From the NCBI GenBank assembly GCA_949948745.1, contig CATLHA010000001.1, positions 17,919 to 81,918 of the forward strand: a DNA stretch of 64,000 nucleotides. The letters run 5' to 3'. The position numbers were made by a program, and so were the translations under genes. Shown piece by piece: positions 9,201 through 20,512 of the stretch. Every line of letters begins with the position of its first letter. Position 1 is the stretch's first letter. The notes under the pieces were generated by a model. That model did not search any database. It saw only the letters and a list, made by a program, of their open reading frames with translations, and was not told the DNA's origin. This stretch comes from an uncultured Bacillales bacterium (GTDB taxonomy: Bacteria; Bacillota_I; Bacilli_A; RF39; UBA660).

Positions 9201-9419
9201 CTATTTTCTATAGGTTATACGCCCACGATTTAGGTCATAAGGCGTCATTTCTATAACTACGGTGTCTCCTGGTAAAATACGGATATAGTTCTGTCTTATT
9301 TTACCAGAAGGGTGAGCGTCTTCTACAATGTGTCCATTATCAAGTTGTACTTTGAAATGTCCACCTGGTATTATTTCTAGAACTTTTCCTTCCATTTCAA
9401 TAATATCATTCTTCGCCAT
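9201..9419 (-). CDS. infA: translation initiation factor IF-1
   Basis: 72 aa, [16 protein letters not shown]...GRITYRK. Confidence 0.96.
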   Translation of the reverse strand: MAKNDIIEMEGKVLEIIPGGHFKVQLDNGHIVEDAHPSGKIRQNYIRILPGDTVVIEMTPYDLNRGRITYRK

Positions 9420-9571
9420 TTTTTCACACTCCCGTCAAAAATTTCGTATTTTATTTTGCTACAGTAATATTTTGGAATTCCGTGAACTACTTGTCTAAAG
9501 CAAATCGATCCCGGAAAACCCTGTAACCTTCCAAAGAAAATTTCTTTTCTTCTTCCGTGGTTTTCTATAGA

Positions 9572-10234
9572 CTAAAATAATTGTTTATTGTTTTCTATTA
9601 TCTTGCAGATGCTATCAAAAATTATTTCTTTTTGTTGATTACTATCAATACGATATAATTTTTGTTTATCTTGATAATAGTTAATTAATGGACTTGTTTT
9701 TTCGATATATTCTTGATAACGAATCTTAAATGCTTCTTCGTTATCGTCACCTCGTTGATATAACATTTCTCCACATTTATCACAAGTATTCTCTTGTTTT
9801 GGATTTAATGCTTCGATATTTACGTTGTATACAGAGTTGCAATTTTTGCAAATTCTTCTACCTGTTATTCTCTTTTTCAAGATATCTTCTTCTACATCTA
9901 ATAGAAAAACATAGTTTATTTTGTCATTTTTCTTTTCTAACATTTCATCCAAGAGTTCTGCTTGGTGAATAGTTCTAGGAAATCCATCGAACAATAAGTT
10001 ATGATTTGTACTTTGTTCTAGATGTTTTTCTAGAAGTTCTAGTACAATTTCATCACTTACTAAGGCACCACTTGCCATAATTTCCTTTAATTTTTTACCA
10101 AAATCATCTTCTCTACTGGCAGCACTTCTTAATAGGTCACCAGTAGATATATGATTTAAATGATATTTTTTATCTAATAATTCAGCTTGGGTTCCCTTCC
10201 CAGCAGCGGGTGGGGCAAGTAAAATAATGTTCAT
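9572..10234 (-). CDS. adk: adenylate kinase (zinc-lid type)
   Basis: P-loop PPAAGKGTQ and a lid with CKNC...CDKC. Located downstream of secY. Confidence 0.94.
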   Translation of the reverse strand: MNIILLAPPAAGKGTQAELLDKKYHLNHISTGDLLRSAASREDDFGKKLKEIMASGALVSDEIVLELLEKHLEQSTNHNLLFDGFPRTIHQAELLDEMLEKKNDKINYVFLLDVEEDILKKRITGRRICKNCNSVYNVNIEALNPKQENTCDKCGEMLYQRGDDNEEAFKIRYQEYIEKTSPLINYYQDKQKLYRIDSNQQKEIIFDSICKIIENNKQLF

Positions 10235-10238
10235 TTAA

Positions 10239-11522
10239 TTATTTTCTCCTATAACTTTTCTTATAACTTCTAGTTACTAAACTTCCTTCAAGCTGCTTAT
10301 ATGTCTCTAGAGCAACACCTACAACGATTAGTAATCCCGTACCACCGATTGTTACATTGCTTGATAAATTAATTTTATCAGAGATATTTACAAGTGCAGT
10401 AAATGCAATTGGTAGACCTGCAATAATAATTAGGAAAATAGATCCAACTACTGTTAACCTTGAAATGATTTTAGAAATATAATTTTCTGTATCTTTTCCT
10501 GGACGAATACCTGGAATATATCCTCCACCTTGTTGCAAATCTTTTGATAATTCTTCTGGTTTAATTTGAATAAATGTATAAAAATATCCAAAGAAGAAAA
10601 TTAATACTACATAAATCAAGAATCCAACCGGTTTTGTATATGTTAAATAACTATTGCAAAAATTAATGAATCCTTGATTCTTAGTAAATTGTGCAATAGT
10701 TGCCGGAATTGCTAAGAAACTTGATGCAAAAATTACTGGTACAACTCCTGCTGCATTAATTTTCATTGGCATAAAACTTTGTGCATTTCCATATGCACTA
10801 GTTGATTTATTTGCATATTGTATTGGAATCTTTCTGTCTGCTTCTTGCACCCAGATTACTCCAATAATGATTAAGAAATATACAATTATAAATACAATAA
10901 ATAGTAAGATACCTAACCACTGTACAAGAGAAGAATCGATTACTAATCCATTAAATGCTGATATAAACATTTGTGGAAGTGTTTCAATAATTCCTGCCAT
11001 AATGATTAGTGACATTCCGTTTCCGATACCTTTTTTAGTGATTTGATCCCCTAGCCATAGGGTAAAAGCAGTACCAGCTGTAAGAATAGTTGCAACATAT
11101 AAATATTCAACTGCACCTACTCCATTACCAAGAAATGCAAACGAGAATGCAAATCCTTCGATAAAGGCAAAGATAATACCCATATATCTTGTTATTTGAT
11201 TTATTTTTTGTCTTCCTACTGGACCTTCTTTTGCTAATTCGCTAAAGTATGGAACGATATCTAATTGTAATAATTGCATAATGATGGATGCTGTAATGTA
11301 TGGCATTACACCTAATGCAAAGATTGAAAATCTTTTAAGGGAACCTCCACCCATTGCATCCATGATTTCTAGAAATCCTAAATTTCCAGTGATATTAGGT
11401 GTTCCCGGAACTCTAATTGATGTTCCAATAACAAAGATCATTAATGCAACCAACGTAAAACCGATTCTTTTTCTTAAATCTTTGTTAGTTGGTGCAAATA
11501 ATTGTTTCATATTATGAAACAT
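10239..11522 (-). CDS. secY: preprotein translocase subunit SecY
   Basis: 427-aa polytopic protein with a typical SecY sequence (GVMPYITASIIMQLL). Position in the spc operon. Confidence 0.95.
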   Translation of the reverse strand: MFHNMKQLFAPTNKDLRKRIGFTLVALMIFVIGTSIRVPGTPNITGNLGFLEIMDAMGGGSLKRFSIFALGVMPYITASIIMQLLQLDIVPYFSELAKEGPVGRQKINQITRYMGIIFAFIEGFAFSFAFLGNGVGAVEYLYVATILTAGTAFTLWLGDQITKKGIGNGMSLIIMAGIIETLPQMFISAFNGLVIDSSLVQWLGILLFIVFIIVYFLIIIGVIWVQEADRKIPIQYANKSTSAYGNAQSFMPMKINAAGVVPVIFASSFLAIPATIAQFTKNQGFINFCNSYLTYTKPVGFLIYVVLIFFFGYFYTFIQIKPEELSKDLQQGGGYIPGIRPGKDTENYISKIISRLTVVGSIFLIIIAGLPIAFTALVNISDKINLSSNVTIGGTGLLIVVGVALETYKQLEGSLVTRSYKKSYRRK

Positions 11523-11523
11523 A

Positions 11524-11967
11524 TTAGATCACCTCGGCTTTACTTCCTGACTTTTCAATCTTTTCAATTGCACTGCTAGAAAATTTATTTGCTTGAATTG
11601 TTATTTTCTTTTCTAATGTACCTTCTCCAAGTACTTTAATTCCGTCATAACTTTTCTTTACTAATCTACTTTCTTTTAATAAAGCTGGTGTTACAACTGT
11701 ACCATCTTCAAATCTATTTAAATCATCTAAATTGATTACTGCATATTCAACTTTGAATTTTGCATTTGTAAATCCACGTTTTGGAAGACGTCTGTATAAT
11801 GGTAATTGTCCACCTTCGAATACAGCACCTTTTCCTCCACCGCTACGAGCTTTTTGTCCTTTTTGTCCTTTACCACTTGTTTTTCCTAAACCACTTCCTG
11901 GTCCTTGACCTAATCTTTTCTTTTTTTGTCTAGAACCTTCGCTTGCTTTTAATTCATGTAATTTCAT
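11524..11967 (-). CDS. rplO: 50S ribosomal protein L15
   Basis: 147 aa, [12 protein letters not shown], with a Gly-rich N-terminal region. Confidence 0.95.
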   Translation of the reverse strand: MKLHELKASEGSRQKKKRLGQGPGSGLGKTSGKGQKGQKARSGGGKGAVFEGGQLPLYRRLPKRGFTNAKFKVEYAVINLDDLNRFEDGTVVTPALLKESRLVKKSYDGIKVLGEGTLEKKITIQANKFSSSAIEKIEKSGSKAEVI

Positions 11968-12482
11968 TATCCTAAAATCTCCTCTTCTGTTTTTCCTCTA
12001 AGTCTTGCAACTTCTTCAACTGATTTTACTGATTTTAAGGCATTAATTGTAGCAGCAGCCATGTTTAGTTTTGTACGGCTTCCAAGTGATTTTGACAAAA
12101 TATCGCGAACTCCAGCAAGTTCTAAAACAGAACGAACTGCACCTCCAGCGATTACTCCAGTACCAGCACTGGCAGGTTTTAAGAACACTTTTGCAGCTCC
12201 GGCAACACCGGTAACTTCGTGTTGAATTGTTCTTCCATCAACTAAAGAGATTCTAACTAGATTTTTATTAGCAGCTTGAATAGCTTTTTTAATTGCATCA
12301 GGTACTTCATTTGCTTTTCCAGTACCTAATCCAACGCGACCTTTTCTATCCCCAACAACGACAACAGCAGAGAATCTTCTTTGACGTCCACCTTTGTTAA
12401 CTTTAACAACTGATTTAACTTCAATTACTAATTCTTCTAACTCTTTTTCTTTTTGTTTTGGGTCATTATTTCTATTTTGCAT
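11967..12482 (-). CDS. rpsE: 30S ribosomal protein S5
   Basis: 171 aa with a typical S5 core (GRRFRF-like [15 protein letters not shown]). Its stop overlaps the rplO start. Confidence 0.95.
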   Translation of the reverse strand: MQNRNNDPKQKEKELEELVIEVKSVVKVNKGGRQRRFSAVVVVGDRKGRVGLGTGKANEVPDAIKKAIQAANKNLVRISLVDGRTIQHEVTGVAGAAKVFLKPASAGTGVIAGGAVRSVLELAGVRDILSKSLGSRTKLNMAAATINALKSVKSVEEVARLRGKTEEEILG

Positions 12483-12495
12483 AAATACCCTCCTA

Positions 12496-12852
12496 TTAGA
12501 ATTCTAATCCTTTGCTACGTGCAGCTTCTGCTAATGCTTCTACACGTCCATGATAAAGGTACCCACCTCTATCAAATACTACTTTAGTAATTCCTGCTTT
12601 TTTACAAGCTTCTGCGATTGCTTCTCCAACTTTTGTAGCAGCTTCGATATTTCCACCGTTAGCTAACTTTAATGTTAAAGAAGAAGCGCTTGCTAAAGTA
12701 ATACCATTTTCATCATCTATGATTTGCGCTCCGATATTTTTGTTAGATCTGTATACGCAAAGTCTTGGAACTTCAGGAGTACCAACGATTTTACTTCTTA
12801 CTCTTTCATGTCTAATCTTACGCATTTCATTGCGAGATACTTTATTTATCAT
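12496..12852 (-). CDS. rplR: 50S ribosomal protein L18
   Basis: 118 aa, [17 protein letters not shown]. Confidence 0.95.
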   Translation of the reverse strand: MINKVSRNEMRKIRHERVRSKIVGTPEVPRLCVYRSNKNIGAQIIDDENGITLASASSLTLKLANGGNIEAATKVGEAIAEACKKAGITKVVFDRGGYLYHGRVEALAEAARSKGLEF

Positions 12853-12880
12853 AAGTAACTTCTCCCTTCTACTTATTTAA

Positions 12881-13417
12881 TTAAGCAGCTTTCTTTCCTT
12901 CCTTACGTTGTACATGTTCGTCTTTGTAACGAATTCCTTTTCCTTTGTAAGGTTCAGGTTGTCTTACTTTACGAATATTTGCTGCGAATTCTCCAACTTT
13001 TACTTTATCAATTCCTGATACTGAGATTTCTGTATTTGAAATAGCTTCTACAGTTAATCCAGCAGGAACTTCTAATTCTACTGGATGAGAATATCCAGCA
13101 TTAATTACTAATGTATTTCCTTTCATAGTGAAACGGTAACCTACACCAATAATTTCTAGTCCTTTTTTGAAACCATGTGTAACACCTTCAATCATATTTT
13201 TGATGTTAGCATTTGTAGTTCCATGCATAGCCTTTGTTGTTTTTTCTTCATTTGCTCTTGTAACAACAACTGCGCTATCTTCAACTTGAACAGTAATGTT
13301 TTCTCTAATTTCTAATGATAATTCTCCTTTAGGTCCTTTTACAGTTACTTGATTATTTTCTACTGTAATAGTTACACCTTCAGGTACTACAAGTTTTCTG
13401 TTTCCAATACGGCTCAT
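12881..13417 (-). CDS. rplF: 50S ribosomal protein L6
   Basis: 178 aa, MSRIGNRKLVVPEGVTI. Confidence 0.95.
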   Translation of the reverse strand: MSRIGNRKLVVPEGVTITVENNQVTVKGPKGELSLEIRENITVQVEDSAVVVTRANEEKTTKAMHGTTNANIKNMIEGVTHGFKKGLEIIGVGYRFTMKGNTLVINAGYSHPVELEVPAGLTVEAISNTEISVSGIDKVKVGEFAANIRKVRQPEPYKGKGIRYKDEHVQRKEGKKAA

Positions 13418-13442
13418 TTATGACACCTCCCTTATTTTTGTA

Positions 13443-13844
13443 TTACCAAATATAAGCTAAAACTTCTCCACCTAAGTTTTGTTTACGTGCTTCTTTATCA
13501 GTCATGATTCCCTTTGATGTAGAAATGATTGCGATTCCTAAACCATTAAGTACTTTAGGAATTTCATCAGCTTTTGCATAAACACGTAATCCTGGTTTTG
13601 AAATTCTCTTTAATCCTGTAATTACTCTTTCTTTCTTTTCTCCATATTTAAGTGTTAGTAAAATTGTTCCTTGAACATTTTCTTCTAATACTTTGTAGTT
13701 TTTAATAAATCCTTCTTCTTTTAAAATTCTAGCAAGTTCTAATTTTAGTTTAGAAGCAGGTACTTTCACTTCCGTATAACGCATACTGTTTGCATTACGG
13801 ATTCTTGTAAGCATATCTGCGATTGTATCTGTTACTACAGCCAT
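13443..13844 (-). CDS. rpsH: 30S ribosomal protein S8
   Basis: 133 aa, [14 protein letters not shown]. Confidence 0.95.
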   Translation of the reverse strand: MAVVTDTIADMLTRIRNANSMRYTEVKVPASKLKLELARILKEEGFIKNYKVLEENVQGTILLTLKYGEKKERVITGLKRISKPGLRVYAKADEIPKVLNGLGIAIISTSKGIMTDKEARKQNLGGEVLAYIW

Positions 13845-13863
13845 ATCCTAAATCCTCCTTCCT

Positions 13864-14049
13864 TTACCAGCTTGATTTTTTAACACCTGGTATTTGTCCT
13901 CTATTTGCTAATTCTCTAAAACAAATACGACAGATTCCGAATTTACTCATAACAGCATGAGGTCTTCCACATCTTTCGCAACGAGTATATTCACGTACTT
14001 TGAATTTTTGTTTACGACTAGCTTTTACTTTCATACTTTTTTTTGCCAT
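13864..14049 (-). CDS. rpsN: 30S ribosomal protein S14, type Z (zinc-binding)
   Basis: 61 aa from the ATG at 14049 (MAKKSMKVK), with CERCGRP...CRIC. Confidence 0.94.
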   Translation of the reverse strand: MAKKSMKVKASRKQKFKVREYTRCERCGRPHAVMSKFGICRICFRELANRGQIPGVKKSSW

Positions 14050-14061
14050 AATATCCTCCAA

Positions 14062-14601
14062 TTACTTTCTAAAAGGAATTCCAAGTTCATTTAATAAGTC
14101 AAATGCTTCTTCATTAGATTTTGCAGTTGTTACGAATACGATATCCATACCACGTACTTTCACTACATTATCATAATCAATTTCAGAGAAAATTAATTGT
14201 TCTTTAATTCCTAATGTATAATTTCCACGTCCGTCAAATGCCTTTGGTGAAACACCACGGAAATCACGTACACGAGGCAATGCAATTGAAACTAATTTAT
14301 CAATAAAGTTATACATGTTTTCTCCACGTAATGTTACTTTACATCCGATTGCTTGCCCTTCTCTTACTTTAAATCCTGCGATAGATTTACGAGCCTTTGT
14401 AATTACTGGCTTTTGTCCAGCGATTAACTCTAAATCTTTAACAGCAGCTTCAATTAATTTTGAGTTTGATGTTGCATCTCCAACACCGATATTGATTACT
14501 ACCTTTTCTAATTTAGGTACTTCCATAATTGACTTATAATTATGTTTCTTTTGTAAACTTGGAACTATTTCGTTTAGATATTTTTCTTTTAGGCGGTTCA
14601 T
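14062..14601 (-). CDS. rplE: 50S ribosomal protein L5
   Basis: 179 aa, [14 protein letters not shown]. Confidence 0.95.
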   Translation of the reverse strand: MNRLKEKYLNEIVPSLQKKHNYKSIMEVPKLEKVVINIGVGDATSNSKLIEAAVKDLELIAGQKPVITKARKSIAGFKVREGQAIGCKVTLRGENMYNFIDKLVSIALPRVRDFRGVSPKAFDGRGNYTLGIKEQLIFSEIDYDNVVKVRGMDIVFVTTAKSNEEAFDLLNELGIPFRK

Positions 14602-14619
14602 ATATTACCCTCCTTCCAA

Positions 14620-14931
14620 TTAATCAATCTTCTCGTTTGATTTTTTTGAAATTCTTACTTTTTTATTTGATTTTTCATCAATTGTATAACCAATTCTAGT
14701 TGGTTTTTTTGTTTTTGGATCAATTAACATAACGTTTGATGCATCGATTGGTGCTTCTACTTCTAGAATTCCACCAGTTTCTTGTCCGTTTCCTTTTTTA
14801 TGTTTCTTAACGATATGTGCACCTTCAACGATCACTTTATTTTCTTTTCTAAGTGTCTTGATAATTTTTCCTTCTTTTCCTTTACTAGATCCGGCTATTA
14901 CTCTTACTTTGTCTCCAACTTTAAGTTTCAT
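14620..14931 (-). CDS. rplX: 50S ribosomal protein L24
   Basis: 103 aa, MKLKVGDKVRVIAGSSKGKEGKI (KOW motif). Confidence 0.95.
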   Translation of the reverse strand: MKLKVGDKVRVIAGSSKGKEGKIIKTLRKENKVIVEGAHIVKKHKKGNGQETGGILEVEAPIDASNVMLIDPKTKKPTRIGYTIDEKSNKKVRISKKSNEKID

Positions 14932-14942
14932 AATATCCTCCT

Positions 14943-15311
14943 TTATAGCACTTCTTTCGCTAAAGATACTATTTTCATGAAATCTTTGTCACGTAATTCA
15001 CGAGCAACAGGTCCAAATACACGAGTTCCGATTGGACTCTTGTCGTCTTTGATGATTACGCAAGCATTGTCATCGAATTTGATGTAACTTCCGTCATCAC
15101 GACGAACACCTTTTCTACTTCTTACGATAACAGCTTTTACAACTTTTCCTTTTGCTACAGTTCCATTAGGTGTGGCATCTTTTACTGTACCAACAACTAT
15201 GTCACCGATATTTCCTGTTTTTCTTTTACTTCCACCTAGTACACGAATTACTAATAATTCTTTTGCACCAGAGTTGTCAGCAACCTTTAAACGGCTTTCT
15301 TGTTGTAACAT
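14943..15311 (-). CDS. rplN: 50S ribosomal protein L14
   Basis: 122 aa, [18 protein letters not shown]. Confidence 0.96.
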   Translation of the reverse strand: MLQQESRLKVADNSGAKELLVIRVLGGSKRKTGNIGDIVVGTVKDATPNGTVAKGKVVKAVIVRSRKGVRRDDGSYIKFDDNACVIIKDDKSPIGTRVFGPVARELRDKDFMKIVSLAKEVL

Positions 15312-15337
15312 AAATTATATCCTCCTTCACCTAAGAG

Positions 15338-15595
15338 TTATAGAATAACTGCTTCTTTTACGATTTCTGCTAAATAGAAATGTTTTGTTTTAGAAATTGG
15401 TCTTGTTTCAACAATTCTAACTGTATCTCCTACTTTAGCTTTATTTGATTCATCATGAGCGGCATATTTCTTTGAATATCTCACTCTTTTTCCATATTTT
15501 GGAAGTTTTTTATAAGTTTCAACTTTAACAGTAATTGTCTTGTTATTGCAAGCACTAACAACTGTTCCAACTAATTCTTTTCTAACTTTTTCCAT
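15338..15595 (-). CDS. rpsQ: 30S ribosomal protein S17
   Basis: 85 aa, [20 protein letters not shown]. Confidence 0.95.
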   Translation of the reverse strand: MEKVRKELVGTVVSACNNKTITVKVETYKKLPKYGKRVRYSKKYAAHDESNKAKVGDTVRIVETRPISKTKHFYLAEIVKEAVIL

Positions 15596-15609
15596 TTGTG
15601 AAACCCTCC

Positions 15610-15804
15610 TTATTGATCTAATTCACGTTCACGTAGTACTGTTTTTAAACGTGCTACTGTATGACGTAAATCTCTTATTCTTGAAGGCTTTTCTAAATTT
15701 CCTGTTGCTTGTTGGAATTTTAAGTTGAATAATTCTTCTTTACATTCCTTAATCTTTGCAACAATTTCCTCAGTGGTTAGTTCTCTAATTTCCTTAACCT
15801 TCAT
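15610..15804 (-). CDS. rpmC: 50S ribosomal protein L29
   Basis: [14 protein letters not shown]. Start placed at the second ATG (15804). The ORF-track start at 15819 is also possible. Either start overlaps the rplP 3' end. Confidence 0.92.
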   Translation of the reverse strand: MKVKEIRELTTEEIVAKIKECKEELFNLKFQQATGNLEKPSRIRDLRHTVARLKTVLRERELDQ

Positions 15805-16225
15805 TTTTTTCACCACCATTTTCTCTCATAACAAATTTAGTTTTGATAGGTAGTTTGTGAGAAGCAAGTCTTAATGCCTCACGAGCGACAGCTTCGTCTA
15901 CTCCTTTGATTTCGAACATTATCTTTCCTTCTTTAACTACAGCTACCCATGCTTCAACATTTCCTTTACCTTTTCCTTGACGAGTACCAATTGGTTTCTT
16001 TGTTAAAGGTAAGTGTGGGAAAATATTAATCCACACTTTTCCACCACGTTTCATATAACGTGTCATGGCAATACGTGCAGCTTCGATTTGATTTGCTGTA
16101 ATCCAAGCTCCTTCTTTTGCCATTAGTCCATAGTCACCTTTGTCTAACTTTGTATTTCCTTTTGCATGACCTTCGTAAGGTAATCTATGAACACGACGGT
16201 ATTTAGTTCTTGATGGGATTAACAT
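15794..16225 (-). CDS. rplP: 50S ribosomal protein L16
   Basis: 143 aa, [14 protein letters not shown]. Confidence 0.96.
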   Translation of the reverse strand: MLIPSRTKYRRVHRLPYEGHAKGNTKLDKGDYGLMAKEGAWITANQIEAARIAMTRYMKRGGKVWINIFPHLPLTKKPIGTRQGKGKGNVEAWVAVVKEGKIMFEIKGVDEAVAREALRLASHKLPIKTKFVMRENGGEKNEG

Positions 16226-16227
16226 AA

Positions 16228-16881
16228 TTAATTACCTCCTTTAGTCTTTTTAGATGGAAGAATTTCTCCTTTGTAAATCCATACTTTAACACCAATTTTT
16301 CCGAATGTTGTATCAGCTTCACTTGTAGCATAATCAACATCTGCTCTTAAAGTATGTAGAGGAATTGTTCCTTCTGTATATCCTTCGCTACGAGCCATAT
16401 CTGCTCCACCAAGACGTCCAGATACTAATGTTTTAATACCCTTAGCTCCTGATTTCATAGCATTACGGATTGCTCTTTTTTGTGCCATTCTGAATGATGC
16501 ACGATTTGTAATTTGATTTGCGATTGAATCTGCAACGATTTGTGCATTCATATCTGGCTTTTTGATATCTACGATTGAAATTTGAATTTCTTCATTTACT
16601 AATTTAGAAATTTCTTTCTTTAATTTTTCGATTGCTTCACCACCACGTCCGATGATTACACCAGGTTTTGCAGTGTGAACAATAATTTCTGTTCTCTTAG
16701 AATTTCTTTCAACTTGTACTTTTGCAATAGCTGCATCTTTAAGATTTGTTTCAAAGTAACGACGAATTTTGATATCGTTGTTTAATAATTTTGAATAATC
16801 TTTTTTATCAGCATACCATTTTGAGTCCCAGTCTTTGTTTATTCCAAGTCTAAGTCCATTAGGATTCACCTTTTGACCCAT
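16228..16881 (-). CDS. rpsC: 30S ribosomal protein S3
   Basis: 217 aa, [13 protein letters not shown] (KH domain). Confidence 0.96.
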   Translation of the reverse strand: MGQKVNPNGLRLGINKDWDSKWYADKKDYSKLLNNDIKIRRYFETNLKDAAIAKVQVERNSKRTEIIVHTAKPGVIIGRGGEAIEKLKKEISKLVNEEIQISIVDIKKPDMNAQIVADSIANQITNRASFRMAQKRAIRNAMKSGAKGIKTLVSGRLGGADMARSEGYTEGTIPLHTLRADVDYATSEADTTFGKIGVKVWIYKGEILPSKKTKGGN

Positions 16882-16899
16882 GATTTACCCTCCTTTGGT

Positions 16900-17232
16900 T
16901 TATCTAGTAGCCACAACAATTACGATGTGACTTGTTCTTTTGTCTTTGTGTCCAATATGACTACGTGAATCAAACATATGTCTTTTTAATACTGGACCAG
17001 CATCTACTCTTGCTTCTTTTACATAAAGTTCAGCTTGATTTGCTCCGTTATTATTTACTGCGTTTGCAATAGCTGATTCTAGAACTTTCTTTGTAAGACG
17101 AGCAGATTTTTTATTCATATTATTTAATATTACTAACGCATCATCTACGTTTTTACCACGAACTAAATCTACAACTAAACGAGCTTTAATTGGTGATACT
17201 CTAAGAGTTTTTGCGATTGCTCTTGCTTCCAT
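16900..17232 (-). CDS. rplV: 50S ribosomal protein L22
   Basis: 110 aa, AKTLRVSPIKARLVVDLVRGK. Confidence 0.95.
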   Translation of the reverse strand: MEARAIAKTLRVSPIKARLVVDLVRGKNVDDALVILNNMNKKSARLTKKVLESAIANAVNNNGANQAELYVKEARVDAGPVLKRHMFDSRSHIGHKDKRTSHIVIVVATR

Positions 17233-17251
17233 ATTATTCTCCTCCTAGTCA

Positions 17252-17521
17252 CTATTTCTTTTTATTATCGCCGTGTCCACCAAACTTACGAGTTTGTGAA
17301 AATTCTCCAAGCTTGTGTCCTACCATATCTTCGGTTACATAAACTGGAATAAATTCTTTTCCGTTATGTACTGCGAATGTATGTCCAATAAATGCAGGAT
17401 AGATAGTTGAACGACGTGACCATGTTTTAATGACTTCTTTTTTTCCAGATTCATTTAATTTTTCTACCTTAGCTAGTAATCTTCCGAATACATAAGGTTT
17501 TTTCTTTAAACTTCTTGCCAT
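17252..17521 (-). CDS. rpsS: 30S ribosomal protein S19
   Basis: 89 aa, [11 protein letters not shown]...HKLGEF. Confidence 0.96.
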   Translation of the reverse strand: MARSLKKKPYVFGRLLAKVEKLNESGKKEVIKTWSRRSTIYPAFIGHTFAVHNGKEFIPVYVTEDMVGHKLGEFSQTRKFGGHGDNKKK

Positions 17522-17539
17522 AAATCACTCAATCCTTTC

Positions 17540-18370
17540 CTATTTACTATTACGACGACGAACGATAAATTTATCAGACGTTTTCTTCTTTCTTGTTTTA
17601 TATCCAAGTGCTGGTTTACCCCAAGGAGTAACTGGACCTTTACGACCGATTGGCGCACGTCCTTCACCACCACCATGTGGGTGATCATTAGGGTTCATAA
17701 CAGATCCACGTACTGTTGGGCGAATACCCATATGACGTTTACGTCCTGCTTTTCCTAATCTTACTAATTCTTGGTCTTCGTTTCCAACAATACCGATTGT
17801 TGCATAGCAAGTTCCAAGGATTAATCTTTGTTCTCCACTAGATAATCTTACCATTACGTAATTTCCTTCACGTCCTAAGATTTGTGCAGATGAACCAGCA
17901 CTTCTTGCAAGTTCTCCACCTTTTCCTGGACGAAGTTCGATGTTGTGTACCATTGTACCAACTGGAATGTTCATAATTGGTAGTGCGTTTCCTACTTTAA
18001 TATCAGCAGCTTCTCCACTAACAATTTTGCTTCCTACTGTTAAACCTTTTGGAGCGATGATATATCTCTTTTCACCATCGTTATAATTAATTAATGCAAT
18101 ATTTGCAGTTCTGTTTGGATCGTATTCAATAGCAGCTACTGTTCCAGGAATATCGCGTTTATTTCTTTTGAAATCGATAATTCTGTATTTTCTTTTTGCT
18201 CCTCCACCTTGATGTCTTACAGTAATTCTACCTTGATTGTTACGACCACCATTTTTCTTTAGACTAACTACTAAGCTTTTTTCTGGAGTAGTTTTAGTAA
18301 TATCAGTATTTACTAATGTACTCTTTTTTCTTTGCCCATTTGTAATTGGTCTGTAGCTTTTTACTGGCAT
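17540..18370 (-). CDS. rplB: 50S ribosomal protein L2
   Basis: 276 aa, [14 protein letters not shown]. Confidence 0.96.
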   Translation of the reverse strand: MPVKSYRPITNGQRKKSTLVNTDITKTTPEKSLVVSLKKNGGRNNQGRITVRHQGGGAKRKYRIIDFKRNKRDIPGTVAAIEYDPNRTANIALINYNDGEKRYIIAPKGLTVGSKIVSGEAADIKVGNALPIMNIPVGTMVHNIELRPGKGGELARSAGSSAQILGREGNYVMVRLSSGEQRLILGTCYATIGIVGNEDQELVRLGKAGRKRHMGIRPTVRGSVMNPNDHPHGGGEGRAPIGRKGPVTPWGKPALGYKTRKKKTSDKFIVRRRNSK

Positions 18371-18384
18371 GAGTAACCCTCCTT

Positions 18385-18666
18385 CTAATTAAGTTCGATT
18401 TGTTGACCTTCTGCTAATGTAACAATCGCTTTTTTAGTACGATTTGTTAATCCTGTGTAACGACCAACTCTTCTTTTCTTTGGTTTTACATTAATAGTAC
18501 GAATAGCTTCAACTTTAACATTGAATAACTTTTCGATTGCTAATTTAATTTCTGTTTTGTTTGCTCTTGAATCAACTTTAAATACATATTGATTTGATTG
18601 AGCTAAGTTTCCAGATTTTTCTGTAATTACTGGCGCTTTAATGATTTCTAAATATTTTGTATCCAT
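18385..18666 (-). CDS. rplW: 50S ribosomal protein L23
   Basis: 93 aa, [11 protein letters not shown]. Confidence 0.95.
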   Translation of the reverse strand: MDTKYLEIIKAPVITEKSGNLAQSNQYVFKVDSRANKTEIKLAIEKLFNVKVEAIRTINVKPKKRRVGRYTGLTNRTKKAIVTLAEGQQIELN

Positions 18667-19262
18667 TATTTAAGCACCTCCTCGATATCTTTTAATGTTT
18701 CTTTTGTAGTTAATACTACTGAAGCATTTACTAAATCTAATACATTCATTTCAGTTGGTTCAATTACCATAACGTTTGATAAGTTTCTAGAAGCTAAAAT
18801 AATATTTTCTTCTAATTCTTTTACAACGATTAGTACTTTCTTATCAGCGATTTCTAATGTATTTAAGATTTCTACCATTTCTTTTGTTTTTGGAGTAGAT
18901 ACTGTTAATTCATCTACAACCATAATTGCTTTCTCATTATATAAGTTTAAGAAAGCTGTTTGTAAAGCTAATCTTCTTTCTTTACGATTTTGTTTAATTG
19001 AGTAGTCTCTAGGAACTGGTGTACCATATCTTCCTCCACCTACCCATTGAACAGAACGGATTGATCCTTGACGAGCATGTCCTGTTCCTTTTTGACGCCA
19101 TGGTTTTCTTCCACCACCGCTTACTTCACTACGTGTTTTTGTTGAATGAGTTCCTTGTCTTAAAGATGCTTGAGATAAAATAATCGCATCGAATAAAACG
19201 TTTTGGTTAGGCTCAATACTTGTTAACTCTTTATTTAATTTAACGTCCTTTAGTTTTTCCAT
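18666..19262 (-). CDS. rplD: 50S ribosomal protein L4
   Basis: Start set to the ATG at 19262 ([10 protein letters not shown]) behind GGAGGAAAT, with [20 protein letters not shown]. Confidence 0.95.
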   Translation of the reverse strand: MEKLKDVKLNKELTSIEPNQNVLFDAIILSQASLRQGTHSTKTRSEVSGGGRKPWRQKGTGHARQGSIRSVQWVGGGRYGTPVPRDYSIKQNRKERRLALQTAFLNLYNEKAIMVVDELTVSTPKTKEMVEILNTLEIADKKVLIVVKELEENIILASRNLSNVMVIEPTEMNVLDLVNASVVLTTKETLKDIEEVLK

Positions 19263-19322
19263 CTTTAATTTCCTCCTTATCAATCACATTTTTTAATTTT
19301 CATTTTTTAACTTCTGTGATGA

Positions 19323-20060
19323 TTATTCGCTTACTTCTTCGCTTGATTCTTCTGTTACAGGAGCTTCTTCAGTAGTTTCTACTACTTCTTCAACTACTTC
19401 ATAAGAAATTAATTCTTCTGTTTCGTTTACTTTTTCTCCTTTTTTAACTGAAGTTCTAATCATAACTAAAGATTTTTTAGGACCTGGAACGTTACCTTTA
19501 ATTAAAATAACATTGTTTTCTAAGTCAACATCTACTACTTCAAGATTTTGAACAGTAGTCATTACATTACCCATATGCCCTGGAAGTTTCTTTCCTTTTA
19601 ATACGTGCATTGGTAACATTGTACCAAGAGAACCTACTCCTCTATGATATTGAGAACCATGTCCCATTGGCCCACGTGATTGGTTGTATCTTTTGATTAC
19701 ACCTTGGAATCCTTTACCTTTACTGATTCCGCTTACGTCAACAATTTCTCCTTTTGCAAATACACTCGCATTAAGTTCTTGACCTAATGTGTAATCTGAA
19801 GCGTTTACTCCCCTGATTTCTCTTAAGAAGCGCTTAGGTTCTGTACTTGCTTTTGCTGTATGACCCATTTTAGCTTTGTTACTATTTTTAGGTTTTACTG
19901 TTTCATATCCTAATTGGATAGCGCTGTAACCATCTGTTTCAACAGTTTTGATTTGTGTAACAACGTTAGGTTGTACTTCGATTACTGTAACTGGAATTAA
20001 TTTTCCTGATTCAGTAAATACTTGAGTCATCCCGATTTTTCTACCTAAGATTCCTTTCAT
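19323..20060 (-). CDS. rplC: 50S ribosomal protein L3 with acidic C-terminal extension
   Basis: 245 aa, [15 protein letters not shown]. The core ends near residue 208. An acidic tail of about 37 aa follows ([31 protein letters not shown]). Confidence 0.95.
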   Translation of the reverse strand: MKGILGRKIGMTQVFTESGKLIPVTVIEVQPNVVTQIKTVETDGYSAIQLGYETVKPKNSNKAKMGHTAKASTEPKRFLREIRGVNASDYTLGQELNASVFAKGEIVDVSGISKGKGFQGVIKRYNQSRGPMGHGSQYHRGVGSLGTMLPMHVLKGKKLPGHMGNVMTTVQNLEVVDVDLENNVILIKGNVPGPKKSLVMIRTSVKKGEKVNETEELISYEVVEEVVETTEEAPVTEESSEEVSE

Positions 20061-20075
20061 ATTTTTTTCCTCCTA

Positions 20076-20390
20076 TTATTTTTGTACTTTGATTTGAATA
20101 TCAACACCGCTTGGTAAATCTAAGTGCGCTAAGGCATCTACTGTTTCCTTGCTTGGATTTTTGATATCAATAAGTCTCTTATGCGTACGCATTTCGAATT
20201 GTTCACGACTATCTTTATATTTGTGAACAGCTCTTAAAACAGTATATTTTTGAATTTCTGTTGGAAGTGGTACTGGTCCACTAATTTCTCCACCAGTTCT
20301 TTTAACTGTTTCAACGATTTTTCTTGCAGCATTATCTAGAATTCTATGATCATATGCTTTTAAAGTTACGCGAATCTTGTCTTTTGACAT
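20076..20390 (-). CDS. rpsJ: 30S ribosomal protein S10
   Basis: 104 aa, [14 protein letters not shown]. First gene of the S10 operon. Confidence 0.96.
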   Translation of the reverse strand: MSKDKIRVTLKAYDHRILDNAARKIVETVKRTGGEISGPVPLPTEIQKYTVLRAVHKYKDSREQFEMRTHKRLIDIKNPSKETVDALAHLDLPSGVDIQIKVQK

Positions 20391-20506
20391 TTTGAATCCT
20401 CCCTTCGCCTATATCTAGTATAGACTTGCTCCGTGTGAATTACTCGATTTTACCGAACAACTTAACCCGGTGTATCGACAACCTCCCACATCTAAGCAGC
20501 CACACG
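20391..20506 (-). promoter_or_regulatory. long, relatively GC-rich 5' leader of the S10 operon (possible r-protein autoregulatory RNA)
   Basis: About 115 nt lie between the predicted promoter and the rpsJ ATG. The region is clearly more GC-rich than its flanks. Complementary segments are CGTGTG/CACACG and CTATA/TATAG, and a GGGAGG copy repeats the real SD. Confidence 0.4.
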
Positions 20507-20512
20507 CATAAA

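Noticed and set aside
17506-17688. 60-aa minus-strand ORF spanning the rplB 3' end and the rpsS junction.
   Set aside because: It is an alternative frame of rplB, has no RBS and has no recognisable product. rplB and rpsS fully explain the region.
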